In this document: one piece after another, positions 1-12,100 of the stretch
Layout of the letters: each line of letters starts with the position of its first letter
How positions within the stretch are numbered: the stretch's first letter is position 1
Assembly (NCBI GenBank): GCA_002633005.1
Contig: NMRA01000013.1
Span: 1,612,185-1,676,184, forward strand
Direction: 5' to 3'
Length of the DNA: 64,000 nt
DNA from: Phoronis australis
Taxonomy: Eukaryota; Animalia; Phoronida
Position numbers and translations under genes: made by a program
The notes under the pieces: generated by a model
The model's database searches: none
What the model was told of the DNA's origin: nothing
Seen by the model: only the letters and a program-made list of their open reading frames with translations

Positions 1-1019
1 TAAATTTGCATTTTATTAATGGACTTGCTTTTTTGGTGCCACTAAAAATGTCAAAGTTACTGTGAAAAAGGACTACACTGTCGTTATAATGGACATAAAA
101 ACCTCCTGGATGAAGGTTTCCATTAATGTAATCTGGAAGGTTGTTCATGACAGGCATAAACCATTAGAGAGCTCTTGATACAACATGACATCTGCGATAG
201 ATTATCAACTGAAGGGTTACAACTTGCATATAGCAAATAATGTGCTATACTGAACTCAAAACTTGTTTAGTTATAAATAGATACTGTTATTTGACAAGAA
301 TTTTCTGAAAGGAACTGTTCTAAAAATGAAACCAATGTTACTTAGTACTTGTCTGGGTTAATGTCCATTTTTGACACAACATCTACCATGAAAATTTACA
401 AATTTTTGCTATCACACCCACCCCTATCTGATGAGGTTGAGATTTCCTTTAAAGTGACCGTGTCTTAATGGATGCCGTCCTGTGCCGTACCTTGTTATTA
501 ACAGTGAGCCCCTTACTACATTGTCCACATTCTGGCACCATATACCGTATGTGACTCAAAGTAAATGCAGGTCTCAGAGTGTTGGCCCAAATCAAATGTT
601 CNGGTGGAGAGGGTGCAGAGGTGGAATGCCCATCCCCATCATTTGCAACAATTTCATTTTTATACATTTGCTCCCTCTCGTCCTTAATTTTGAATTTCCT
701 AGTTTAAGCTCCTGTGGGTTAACATGGACAAATACAGTACTGTTCCCTTGAGCTCTTAATGTTTTCTACCAATAAATGTTACTGAGAACATTACAATCTG
801 AAAGTTCTGGGGTGTCAGTTGTTACGTGAATTGGCACCTCCATATAAGGCAATACTTAACATGTACATAGTAAAGGCACAGACGCCAAGTCCATGGTACG
901 GTTCAAGTACAGCTAAGCATAATATCCAAACTGAAACATCTAAAGGCTGTGATTCAAAATAATCTTAGATTTAAAATGCAGGCTGATGGTAATTTCACCT
1001 AGACATTATATCTTCCAGG

Positions 1020-1150
1020 AAATAAAGGCACCCAGCAGAAATGGTAATGGTCTGATATAACGTGCCTGAATTTTGAGAACCAGTTTTCTCCTCTGAATAA
1101 TGGGCATCGAACTGGTTCTCAAAATACGGGTATATTATGTCAAAGTATTG
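1020..1150. repeat. Interspersed repeat with internal hairpin, copy 1
   Basis: ttttgagaaccagtt...aactggttctcaaaa inverted arms (1070-1125); reverse-complement similarity to 4620-4750. Confidence 0.75.
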
Positions 1151-1886
1151 CCAAGCAAAAATCCCCTGCAGTATAACGGCTGCATGCAACAACTCAGTTC
1201 TTATGTTGGACACTCAGAACACGCTACCAGTCAAAATTACCAAAAGACAGGCCAAGTAAGAACCATGACACCAAATATATATATTAATGACCACTACTAA
1301 TATAACACATTAACGCTATTGTGAAGTTCAGTGACAAAGCCTACATGTTTTGGCTTCTCAAAAGGTACGATATCATGTTAGGTCAAGGAAGTGATCTTGT
1401 CTCAGTACTAGTGGAGGTTTTCATCATTTGACGTTGACTTGGGTAACAACTTTCCTGCAAACTTGTAAATGATATGATCAGGAGCTTATATGTGAGGCAA
1501 CACACTCTCTTACGATAAGGCTTAACAGACATTGAAAAAAGGACATACAGAATTACTTGAATATTCCGCACCATTAAAGAACAGATAACTAGCAGGTTGG
1601 CTTAACACCCCCTAAGATCCAGGGACAGATTGGGTGAGCATTGAGCAATATTTGGAGCAAGATGGGTATGGAATTTCAATTCTCCTTCTTGAACCAAAAG
1701 GGGCATGTTCAGGGGATGAATTATTTCTCATCAAATCGCCAAATAGCATGTACTGCCAAGAAGCAATGAAAAATGTAAACATCAAGTTATAGCTGAGATA
1801 ATACTTGCAAATTTAGAAAGCTAAAACGCAGGGCTACCAAATATAGCAAGAGTCAAAAAACAACATTGTTTACCAAATGTAATTAC

Positions 1887-2468
1887 CTTCTCTTCACTGT
1901 ATGCTTCGAATACAAAGCAACAAAACGGTGCATCTGTGCTGGTCCTAGTTAGGTAGGCAAAGCAACAGAGATCCTGATGAGCCCGAGCAAACCGGGTCAG
2001 TGTCTGTAGCTTGTGCTCGAATACAATTTCACTGGGATTAAGAGGATCAATGGATTCATTGTCAGCAATAGCTCTTAGAGAATGGGTCATGACCTGGAGA
2101 TGAATTGGCTTCACATAGCCCTTCCTACGAATTTCAGCCATTACCCAAGGCAACATTGGTTGAGTGTATCTACGGTCGAGCATCGAGTTACCCAAATACT
2201 GCACACGGAATGTCTTAACGTCCTGCAGAGGTGGTGGTTTGCTTTTTGATTTCCTAGGACTATCAACGCCGACTTGCTCCATTGCCCAGGCTACGTATGT
2301 CGAGAGGTGCAAACGATTAGCTGGGTTTGGAACTCCACTGACACTGTCACTGTTGTTAGCGTTTACTCTACCAGTTCCGAACCCAGGACTGTCATCCGAC
2401 TCACTTTCGACAGAACTGACGCCACTGTCATTTGAGTGACGAAGCTCTTGCGATTGAACACTTTCCAT
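1887..2468 (-). CDS. TBC1D1/4: First coding exon (194 codons, N-terminal PTB domain) of a TBC1D1/TBC1D4 (AS160/pollux)-family Rab GTPase-activating protein; gene continues off the left edge
   Basis: ORF 1821..2468 contains FRVQYLG..TQPMLPWVMAEIRR..IVFEHK..FAYL..CFVFEAYSEEK, matching PTB1 of TBC1D1/4 (recalled TMPMLPWVVAEVRR ... CYVFKADDQTK). A phase-0 donor AAG|GTAATT at 1887/1886 falls where the vertebrate exon ends. Confidence 0.9.
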
Positions 2469-2789
2469 TTATCCCATGCTATTTCTCGGGCAATGTATCG
2501 AGGGGAAAGTTCAGGCAGTACATTCAATGCTTTTCCCGGGAATTCCCTTCCTGAACCGCCATTGTGAATTTCTGCATGACGTCATTCTTACTCTCAATCA
2601 GATGTTTTCCATTAAATAATCGTAATAGTCAAATTATACGTCCTTTTTGATTTCCAATTTCAAAAAATTTTGCCCAGATTGGAGTAAAATACACTAATAA
2701 ATCTTGATTTTTTGTATTCTCTCCCAAACCTTAGCCTCAAAAAGGTGCGCCCCCTAACGGTGATTATTTCGTCTGCATTTTTAAGCAGA
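2469..2789. promoter_or_regulatory. Putative bidirectional promoter and 5' UTRs shared by TBC1D1/4 and the UCH gene
   Basis: Only 321 bp separate the two divergent ATGs. Contains a perfect CRE palindrome TGACGTCA (2577-2584), a YY1-like CCGCCATT (2556-2563) and ATTGG (CCAAT box, reverse) near 2678. Confidence 0.65.
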
Positions 2790-2834
2790 ATGACAAGCAA
2801 GATGAGGTGGTTGCCGCTGGAGTCGAACCCTGAT
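2790..2834 (+). CDS. UCHL3: Ubiquitin C-terminal hydrolase (peptidase C12, UCHL3/UCHL1 family) exon 1: MTSKMRWLPLESNPD
   Basis: Family N-terminal signature W-x-PLESNP, followed by donor GAT|GTAAGG. Confidence 0.93.
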
Positions 2835-2957
2835 GTAAGGATAGTTTGTTTAACATAGTCAAGGAATATTGGTATTTCGTTACCCTTTAGTGGACTTCAT
2901 AAGGAGCTTTTGAACCAGTCAATTAGTAACTAATTCAACTCCCTTTTACACTTCCAG

Positions 2958-2969
2958 GTTATGAACAAG
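2958..2969 (+). CDS. UCHL3: UCH exon 2, 12-nt microexon: VMNK
   Basis: Pyrimidine-rich acceptor cttttacacttccag and donor AAG|GTACCG. Completes the ESNPD-VMNK-Y motif in phase 0. Confidence 0.88.
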
Positions 2970-4619
2970 GTACCGCATTGTTGTGGGGCCAGCAGCCGGC
3001 TGCAGTCTACTACTAGTGTACACAGTCTGATGTGATGAGTCACCATGGCACAACGCTGGCCCTGATTTGGCAAAACTCACTTCAGCCGACTTAACTCACA
3101 CACTATGAGATGTGCACACTCAATGAAAAGGAACAAGACTTTTAAACCTGCTTGCACTTTTGAATTTCTGCTAAAGTTAGCTTTGATGCAAAACTATTCT
3201 AGCCGGCCTACAGCTTAAGTCAAGACCGACGAGGGTAAAAAATGACCTAATAAAAGATGACACAAAATTAATGCCATTCAGAATGACACTTTTCCTTGAG
3301 TGAACTTAAAGACTTGCTGGAGCTACATTACAATTCTGCTATTATGCTGCTGCTTCAAAATTTGTATAGATAGCTTACATACATTACAAGGGATGTCACC
3401 ATTAAATAGAGTATAACCTACTGGCCATTTTCTTTTTGTTGCCAATTCTTCAATCAACTGTTCTTCTACAAGGTTGCGTACATGTCACCATTGTCATGAC
3501 AAACATAAGCATTGGTTTCATTTTGCCATATGTTTTTAGTATTTTAATACTAGCAAACCAAATTTTTGAGCAAATTATGCAAATGGCAAAGCTGTTATCA
3601 TCTCCTAAAAGCTGTCACAACAAATTTACCTTATGGTACAGGCGGCAGACTTTTCTCTGTTACAAAAGTCATAGAATAACCCAAGAAAATGATGTTTATT
3701 GAATTGTTTTTCACTTAAAATCTGTTACTGTAAGGGGCGAGGTGAGTGTTGACTCCCAGATTTTGCGTGCTCCTCATTTGACCGTTAGCTTTACGTGTTG
3801 ATGTATATATATGTGTGTGTATAAGCTTCACGACAAGGTGACGAACACAACTACCCATGTAGTGTGAAATTTTGAGGTCTTTGTGAAGTTAGCACTCAGC
3901 AATTCCTAGCTGTATTTTGATGTTAGTCTTCATACTGCCATTAGTAGATATGCTAAATCAGGTGAAATGCAGCGTTAAGGCGTTAAGCCTGCATTGCAGT
4001 TATAACAAGTATTCAAAAATATCAATGGGTATTTAATGACTTGTGGAACTCCTCAAACTGTCAATGAGACACAGTCAACAGTTTAGCATAGTTGGCACAC
4101 TTTGCTGTATGAAGATTAATGTCAAAATAGAGCTAGAATTAACTGCAGTTTTGTGTTAACTTCACACAGCCCTCGATCACCATTGCACTGTTGTTTACTG
4201 TTGTTTAGATTACGTTGTGAGCAACTTGCAATAAGTTTCGAAGGGGCTTATTTGATCTTGTATCGTATTCTTGCTTTCGTGGCATGTTGATTAAAAACCA
4301 TTAGCAAATAATCAATAATCATTGATATCACAATTACTTACAAGGCTCAGGCAGCAGTGAGATCAGTTGAATTCAGAGTTAATAGATTGATAATTTCTCT
4401 TTTTGTCTGCAAAATTTTTCTTGTCTGAGAGTATTGATTTGTTGTGATACTACATTTTCTGCTAGCCACTTGGGAGATTCTCTTTTTTCTTGCTTGATTA
4501 CTTTTAACCACAATCAATAACAAACTGCTTTTGCATACATTTAGCAGGTATTCAATCAGTGGAGTAGGTTATGGCAGAATGGTTCCTTCAGACCTGAAAG
4601 CAATATAAACTTGCCAGCA

Positions 4620-4750
4620 ATAGTTGGATAGCGATGTCCTAAAATTTTGAGAACCAATTTGATGCCTGCTATTCAGTGGAGAAAACTGGTTCTCAAAATG
4701 GGGCCCGTTATATCTGATCATTACCAACTTGCCTTCTGGGACTAAAAGGC
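4620..4750. repeat. Same hairpin repeat family, copy 2, inverted relative to copy 1
   Basis: attttgagaaccaatttgatgcctgctattcagtggagaaaactggttctcaaaat is the near reverse complement of 1070-1125, and the flanks also align. Confidence 0.75.
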
Positions 4751-5601
4751 CTTTCACACAAATGTTCACACGTGTATTGTGTTGGAGAGTGTTGATTGGC
4801 TTGAAATGTTAACTTAAGTCTTGGATCAATGTTGAAATCATTAGATTACTTTACAGCAATCCGTGATTACTGAGAAGCCAAAATTTCTGGTCATTTTTTC
4901 CAATTTGTGGATGCAAAGCATGGAATGCATTTACTCACCTTCACAAACCATCAAAGCAACAGTCCTAGAGGAAATATTCTTGAACTCTGAGCTGTGCTAA
5001 GTGCTTGATAGCCACCCAATTTCCTTGCTGTCTTTTCTCTCTAGTCTGGCTGCACATTGTTACAGCCTTTCTCTAAATTGAGAATGGGTGATACCTGAAA
5101 ATCACTTAACGAAGGCGCTCGCTGTATCAAGTAAATGTTCACATAGCCACTGAAGTAACAGATGGGGATAAAGTTGATTTTTCCGGTGAAATACTCTTTT
5201 TTGATGGTCTGTAAAGGGGTTAAAGAAATTTATGTTTGGTTTAGCTGCTCTTCGTCGTAAAACCTTCTCAACTTATTCTTTACCCAGGTTAAAATTGTGT
5301 AATCTCAGGTATTGGCAGGAAGTAACTATTCATTAATGCTTGGGACTACTGCTCAGAGTATAAAATGACACACCGCAGTCAAGATGTATTAGTCTGGTTG
5401 CAAACAATAATGAATTGTCGTTTCTTTCTGAGCCAAGATGTTTCTTTCTGCTCTTTTGGACATTTAGGTTTGTTTTTCGCTATTAGCAGTTTACTGTTGT
5501 TTAACTCAAAACGAAAAAATTTGACCTATTCATGGGTTCAGTATGACATGCAAAAGCAAGCTGTTTTTAATGGTTTATCTTGGGTTTGTTTCTGGTTGTA
5601 G

Positions 5602-5730
5602 TATGCCAAGAAGTTGGGCCTGCCTAGCGCTTGGCAGTTTGTCGACGTCTTTGGCCTGGAGCCTGAACTGTTGGCCATGATACCTCGCCCTGTTGTAGCC
5701 GTTCTTTTGTTGTATCCCACTACAGCCAAA
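5602..5730 (+). CDS. UCHL3: UCH exon 3 (129 nt): YAKKLGLPSAWQFVDVFGLEPELLAMIPRPVVAVLLLYPTTAK
   Basis: Classic UCH motif F-x-DV-x-GL..LL-x-M-x-PRPV-x-AVLLL-x-P; tag acceptor and AAA|GTGAGT donor. Confidence 0.96.
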
Positions 5731-6199
5731 GTGAGTGTACTGTTTGTTGACGACCGTCTGAAGTGTTTCAAAGTAAAGAGATTAGACCAAAAATAGCGTA
5801 AAGTTGTTGTGATGCCAGGTGAAATGAGTCAAAATTATTTTCTACCCAGCCTAACCTGATTTTAGCTTTCAGGAACTGGTTTCATAATGAGTTGAGTGTA
5901 GATATGTATTAGAGTGTAGCTTTGTATTGTTGACTTACCTCCTGTGGTTGTCGAGCGCAGTCTTGTTCACCTATCGACTATAAGTGCACACTTGCATTAC
6001 AAAGTGGAGATGTATTTCAGGAGAAGTCAGCTTAACATGAACACGTTCATTTCTCATTGCTGACATGCAATGAAATGTCTGCCGATGAGCTCCCATCTTC
6101 CACTATGGCTCCACACACTGTGTGTAAAAAGGTCAATTGGCTACTATTGGTTTTGACTCACTGGCTTTTTTATTGACTGGAATAGCCTACTTGTTTCAG

Positions 6200-6338
6200 G
6201 CTCAGTCTCAACAAATTGGAGAAGTAAAGAGTGAGAGTGAGAATGTGTACTTTATCAAGCAGACGATTGGGAATGCCTGTGGCACCATGGCAATTATTCA
6301 CACCCTGGCTAACAATGCGGAGAAAACTAACTTGGACA
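6200..6338 (+). CDS. UCHL3: UCH exon 4 (139 nt) with oxyanion Gln and catalytic Cys: ...VYFIKQTIGNACGTMAIIH...
   Basis: QTIGNACGT Cys-box; tttcag acceptor; phase-1 donor A|GTAAGT. Confidence 0.96.
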
Positions 6339-7633
6339 GTAAGTCGATGTATGACTGTTGCAGTTGTTACGATTTTGCCCGGAAGACAAAAGTTGCTTTT
6401 CCTAGAAATCCTTCTAATGCTCCACAATGACATTGTTTGGTTTCCTGAAAAACCTTGTAAATTTACTGTCTGCTGGAGTTTGCTCTGGCTTATTAATCTA
6501 TGTGTGCTGGTCCATTGGTGTTTTGACAGGAACATTTTTGTACGTTACTTTGCACACTGAGTTTTCTGATCACAATTTTCTTTGAAACTTGCCCAATTCT
6601 CAAGTGTTCTTAGCATATAACTGTTTTTTCTTCTGAAAATCATGTTTTTTCATGGAGATCATGGTGTTTTCCACAATCATTAATTTTATGAACTTGCAAA
6701 TTCTGTTTCTTTGTTCTGTTTCCTCCAAGGATTTTCTTTTATGGATGTGGAGAATGTTTGGCTTGCACTGGTCACCAGTGAGATTCCTTTTGCCTTCAGA
6801 CAACTTTCATAACTTTCAGCACGTCCAATGTATTCTAGCTAATGAAGCAGAAAGGTAATCGCTAGCACTACTTTCTCAAAAGTGATGGTTGTTATTACAC
6901 CCAAATTTGTTTTCTCTGACATTTGCACACTTACAGCCAGCCTGAACTGTCCGAGGTATGGTTTCAATTTGGTACATTTTAAATTACAAATTAACTAAGA
7001 AACGTTAACTTGGGTTCATCATGACAAAGGGCCATTTCCCAAAACACCTGATGTTTCATAATTGTTTTCTTCATTTTATTTTTGATACTCCAGTCTACTT
7101 TGCCGTTTTGTTGCATATCTTTAGAAAATGCATGTTTTCCTTGAATAATTCAAGGCATGGCCTGGCAATTTAACTTGAGAGTTCCACTGTAAAAATAAAG
7201 ACTTTCGTTTTTCTAAGGAATGTTGACATCTTAATTTTTGACTGTGGAGTTCTCAGGCTAAAGGCTGTAAAAGATAATCCCAGCCAGGCTTTTGTAAAAA
7301 TAGAATAATGAAATGGAGTTTTATAGTTTCATGCGAAAAAAGATGGAAATCATGGCAGTCTCTGTGAAAAAGGCACTGTCACATAATTGTGAACATGGGG
7401 GCATTTTTTGTGCCTGTAAGAAAGTTATGTGTTCATCAAAGATTTTTAAAATTTGTGTTTTTACGAGTCTACTCAAAAAGTTAAATCATGTAAGAAATTT
7501 GACCCACAGTAACGAGTGTAGCCAATTGGCTTAACCGTCGGTAAAAATGTTTGGGCAAACCGTGGGAGAAGTCAGTTGTGTCAATTGTCCACTTTGTTAC
7601 TGAAAATCAGCTCCATCTCTTTGATCTTGTCAG

Positions 7634-7716
7634 AAAATGGAGTTTTGTCAGCATTCCTGGAGAAAACCAAGAGTATGTCTGCTGAGGAGAAGGCTAAGGC
7701 GTTAGAGTCAGAGGAG
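7634..7716 (+). CDS. UCHL3: UCH exon 5 (83 nt): (K)NGVLSAFLEKTKSMSAEEKAKALESEE
   Basis: Matches the UCH helix L-x-x-FLE-x-T-x-x-MS-x-EE-x-A-x-x-LE; cttgtcag acceptor and GAG|GTAAAG donor; phases fit both neighbours. Confidence 0.93.
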
Positions 7717-9175
7717 GTAAAGAGTTTGAGTTGTTAACCCTTTGTGTCATTTTTCTCACTGGCTGTCACAAAAGATGTGATTAGCATGATTTAGAGTAAT
7801 TCTTTGGTTATTTTGCCCAGAAATGTTCTTTTTTGTTTTGCAGAGCATGTTTTCCTTGTTGCAAGTGTTCAGATTTTAACCTGGTCCTAACTTGAGGACA
7901 GCTGCACAGTAGAAATTCATGCTAGGAATACCCTGGTATTGTGCACTTCAGAAGAATTATTGAACTGAACTCAGTTTTTATAAAAAGAGCCTTTTTACCC
8001 ATGCACTGTTATACCCAAGGTGTTCGTGAGATGGATCTAAAACATTCCGGTAAAGTATGACCAATTTCGGACAGAAAGGATTGCCAAAATGCCCCTTTAT
8101 CATTTTACAAAGAGCTTCAAACATTGTTTTGAATGTCCCCAATAACTTTGGTCGCTGTGATACAAAACTTGAACATTGAAAAAGTTCAATTTGTTGCTAC
8201 AAATGTTTCACGAATAAAATACAAAAAAATTCACTCGTTGCCCATAGTGTATCCTGAAGACGTGAGACCTTATTGTAACTATGTCAACAATTATCGGTTA
8301 AAGATATATTAAGGGTGACAAAAATCAAGCTGCTTATGAGAAAGTAATCAATAGGAGAAACTAATCACTGGACCATGAAATGGTTTAATCTTCTCAACTG
8401 CCTGATTGTGAAGATTTAAGATGTATCAGGATATAAATGCATGGAAAGTTCTTTGGCAGCAAGTGCACAGATGGCAGTGAGCGTTCGTAGTATCTTCTAG
8501 CTCGACCGGGTGACACCGTTCAATTTACTCCAATGGTGCAGTCATTTGCAAAGCTTAGGTATTTTAGTATGTACACCATCATAGCTTACAAAAACTGACG
8601 AAAGTCAGTAGCAAGCAACCTTCACTTTATGTGGTATATTAAGATTTAACCTTGTGACATCTCACTGTTTAATACTTCATGTTCTGCGTTACTTTTTGTG
8701 ATAAATGTGCTGCAGTGTGGTTACAGTTACATTGAATTACTGGCAAATCACTCGCTTTAAGCTTGTAAAGAACTTTGGCATGCATGATATTTGATTTGCA
8801 CTTGTATGACTTTGCTGCTTTGACTGTGGTGAGCGTGGCCTTGTGCATTTGCAGCAATTAATGTGATGTCTAATTGGAGAACTCTGTTGATATTCACTTG
8901 TTGTTGTTAGTCTTCTTTTTGTCACCTGAATAAACAACAGTTTGTGAAAGTGAAACAAAGTCATCGTTCAATTATCGTTTTAATACAGGATAAAACCTAA
9001 TACACTGAAGAAGAAAATTTAAAAAATTAAATGTAAAACGTAACGGATCTCTAGACCTCAATCCGAGCCAATCATTATTATCTGCCCACTTATTTATATG
9101 TGGGTGCATGTTGTCATCATCTATGTCCAGGCGTCTGTCGTCCGTCATCCGGTGTCCGCTGCTATATCTCCTAGA

Positions 9176-12100
9176 CCCCTTGCAGGGTCTTATTGAAATT
9201 TGGCAGGTGTTTTCCAGTACGAAGCTGACGACAGACGATGACGATTTTTAGACTGATCCTAGTACCGCTGTGCACCCTAGCGACAATTTTGTTTTTTATG
9301 TTTGTGTCTGTATCTTTGGAGCTCATTTATGGATTTTCATGAAATTTGGCCATTGGTTTTTATGCGCCCGCATATTTATATGTGGACGCATTATGCCGTC
9401 ATCTCCGTTTGGGCGGCGTCCGTCCGGCGTCCGCTGCTCTAACTCCAAAATCGTTTGACGTATGTTCTTGAAATTTTGCACGTGTTCCTTTTTTGGATGG
9501 GACGGCATGAGCGAACGTTCGGACGGATTCGACTACTGGTCTGCCCCCTAGTGGCAATTTTAGTTTTTTACGCTTATCTCTATATCTTCAAAGGTCTTCC
9601 GCGTATTTACATAAAATTTGGCATGTAGGCATCTATTAGTGAGATGACGCTATCCACCCGTTTTGGATAGATTAGACGTAATTTGCACCACCTAGTGGCC
9701 ATTTTGACTGTTTTCGAGTATGTTTTTAGTTGTCCACCCCTCTATCAACCAAACCGCTCTAAGGATGATTGTGGAAATTGGCATGTATGTTCTTACTATG
9801 AAGAGGACAGCTGATGATGATTTTCCGATAATTTCGACGACTGTGGTGCCTCCTAGTGGCAGTTTTGTTTTTTTTTTCGCCTATGGCTGTATCTCCTAAA
9901 CCGTCTACAGGATCTTTACTAAATGTAGTAAGTGCATTTATATGATGTTGACAAGGTACGATGACGACTTTCGGACGAATTTGATTCCTGGTGTGCCCCC
10001 TAGTGGCAATTTTACTTTTTTACGTTAACCTCTTTTTTCAAAGGTCCTCAACATATTTTCAAAAAAATTGGCGTACAGGCTTCTGTTAATGTGGTGACGC
10101 TATCTTTCCGTTTTCAGATGGATTCGACTTAGTTTGCGCCACCTAGTGGCGATTTTTACTGTTTTTGAGTGTTTTTTGACGTCCACCCCTCTATCAACCA
10201 AATTGCTTTCAGGATAATTGTGAAAATTGGCATGTATGTTTTTACTATGAAGTGGATGGCTAACGGTGATTTTCCAATGACTTCAGCTACTGTGGTGCCT
10301 CCTAGTGGCAGTTTCGTTTTTTTCGCGCCCATGGCTGTATCTCTTAAACCGTTTGCAGTATCTTTACTAATTTAATAAGTGTATTAATATGATGTTGACA
10401 AAGAACAACGGCGACTTTTGGATGGATGTGACTACTGGTGTGCCCCCTGGTTGCAATTTTTGATTTTACGTTTACCTCTGTATCTTCAAGGGTCCTCAAC
10501 GGATTTTCATAAAATTTTGAATACAGGCATCTGTTGGTGAAGTGACGCTATCCTCCCATTTTTGGATGGAATCGAGGTATTTTGCGCCACCTAGTGGTCA
10601 TTTTTGCTGTTTTCGAGTCTGTTTTTTGGCGTCCAGCCCTCTATCAACCAAATCATTCTAAGGATGTTTTTGAAAATTTGGCGTTTATGTTCTCTGTGTG
10701 AAGAGGATGGTTGACGATGACGGCTTTGACTACTGTTGCANCTTATCCCCTTGCAGGGTCTTATTGAAAATTGGCAGGTGTTTTCCAGTACGAAGCTGAC
10801 GACAGACGATGACGATTTTTAGACTGATCCTAGTACCGCTGTGCACCCTAGTGACTATTTTGTTTTTTATGTTTGTATCTGTATCTTTGGAGCTCATTTA
10901 TGGATTTTCATGAAATTTGGCCATTGGTTTTTATGCACCCACATATTTATATGTGGACGCATTATGCCGTCATCTCCGTTTGGGCGGCGTCCGTCCGGCG
11001 TCCGTCCAGCGTCCGCTGCTCTAATTCCAAAATCGTTTGACGTATGTTCTTGAAATTTTGCACGTGTTCCTTTTGTGGATGGGACGGCATGAGCGAACGT
11101 TCGGACGGATTCGACTACTGGTCTGCCCCCTAGTGGCAATTTTAGTTTTTTACGCTTACCTCTATATCTTCAAAGGTCTTCCGCGTATTTACATAAAATT
11201 TGGCATGTAGGCACATATTAGTGAGATGACGCTATCCACCCATTTTTGGATAGATTGAACGTAATTTGCACCACCTAATGGCCATTTTGACTGTTTTCGA
11301 GTATGTATTTAGTTGTCCAACCCTCTATCAACCAAACCACTCTAAGGATGATTGTGGAAATTGGCATGTATGCTCTTACTATGAAGAGGACAGCTGACGA
11401 TTTTCCGACGATTTCGATGACTGTGGTGCCTCCTAGTGGCAGTTTTTTTTTTTGCCTATGGCTGTATCTCCTAAACCGTCTCACTCTGCAGGATCTTTAC
11501 TAAATGTAGTAAGAGCATTTATATGATGTTGACAAAGGACGACGACGACTTTTGGACAAATGTGATTCCTGGTGTGCCTCCTAGTGGCAATTTTATTTTT
11601 TTACGTTAACCTCTGTATATTCAAAGGTCCTCAATGTATTTTCAAAAAAATTAGCGTACAGGCTTCTGTTAGTGTGGTGACGCTATCTTAACGTTTTCAG
11701 ATGGATTCGACTTAGTTTGCGCCACCTAGTGGCGATTTTTACCGTTTTCGAGTCTGTTTTTTGACGTCCACCCCTCTATCAACCAAATCTCTTTCAGGAT
11801 AATTGTGAAAATTGGCATGTATGTTTTTACTATGAAGTGGATGGCTGACGGTGATTTTCCGATGACTTCAGCTATTGTGGCGCCTCCTAGTGGCAGTTTC
11901 GTTTTTTTGCACCCATGTCTGTATCTCTTAAACCGTTTCCAGTATCTTTACTAATTTAATAAGTGTATTAATATGATGTTGACAAAGAACAACGGCGACT
12001 TTCGGATGGATGTGACTACTGGTGTGCCCCCTGGTTGCAATTTTTGATTTTACGTTTACCTCTGTATCTTCAAGGGTCCTCAACGGATTTTCATAAAATT

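Noticed and set aside
1821-1886. C-terminal tail VITFGKQ...SPAF of the 215-aa ORF
   Set aside because: Read-through into the intron after the AAG|GTAATT donor; family similarity stops at that point.
9270-11503. Recurrent similar ORFs (MHPSD..., ...PPSGSF..., also at 32.4, 42 and 45-46 kb) suggesting a gene family
   Set aside because: They are translations of the non-coding HINE repeats; frames and stops are not preserved between copies.
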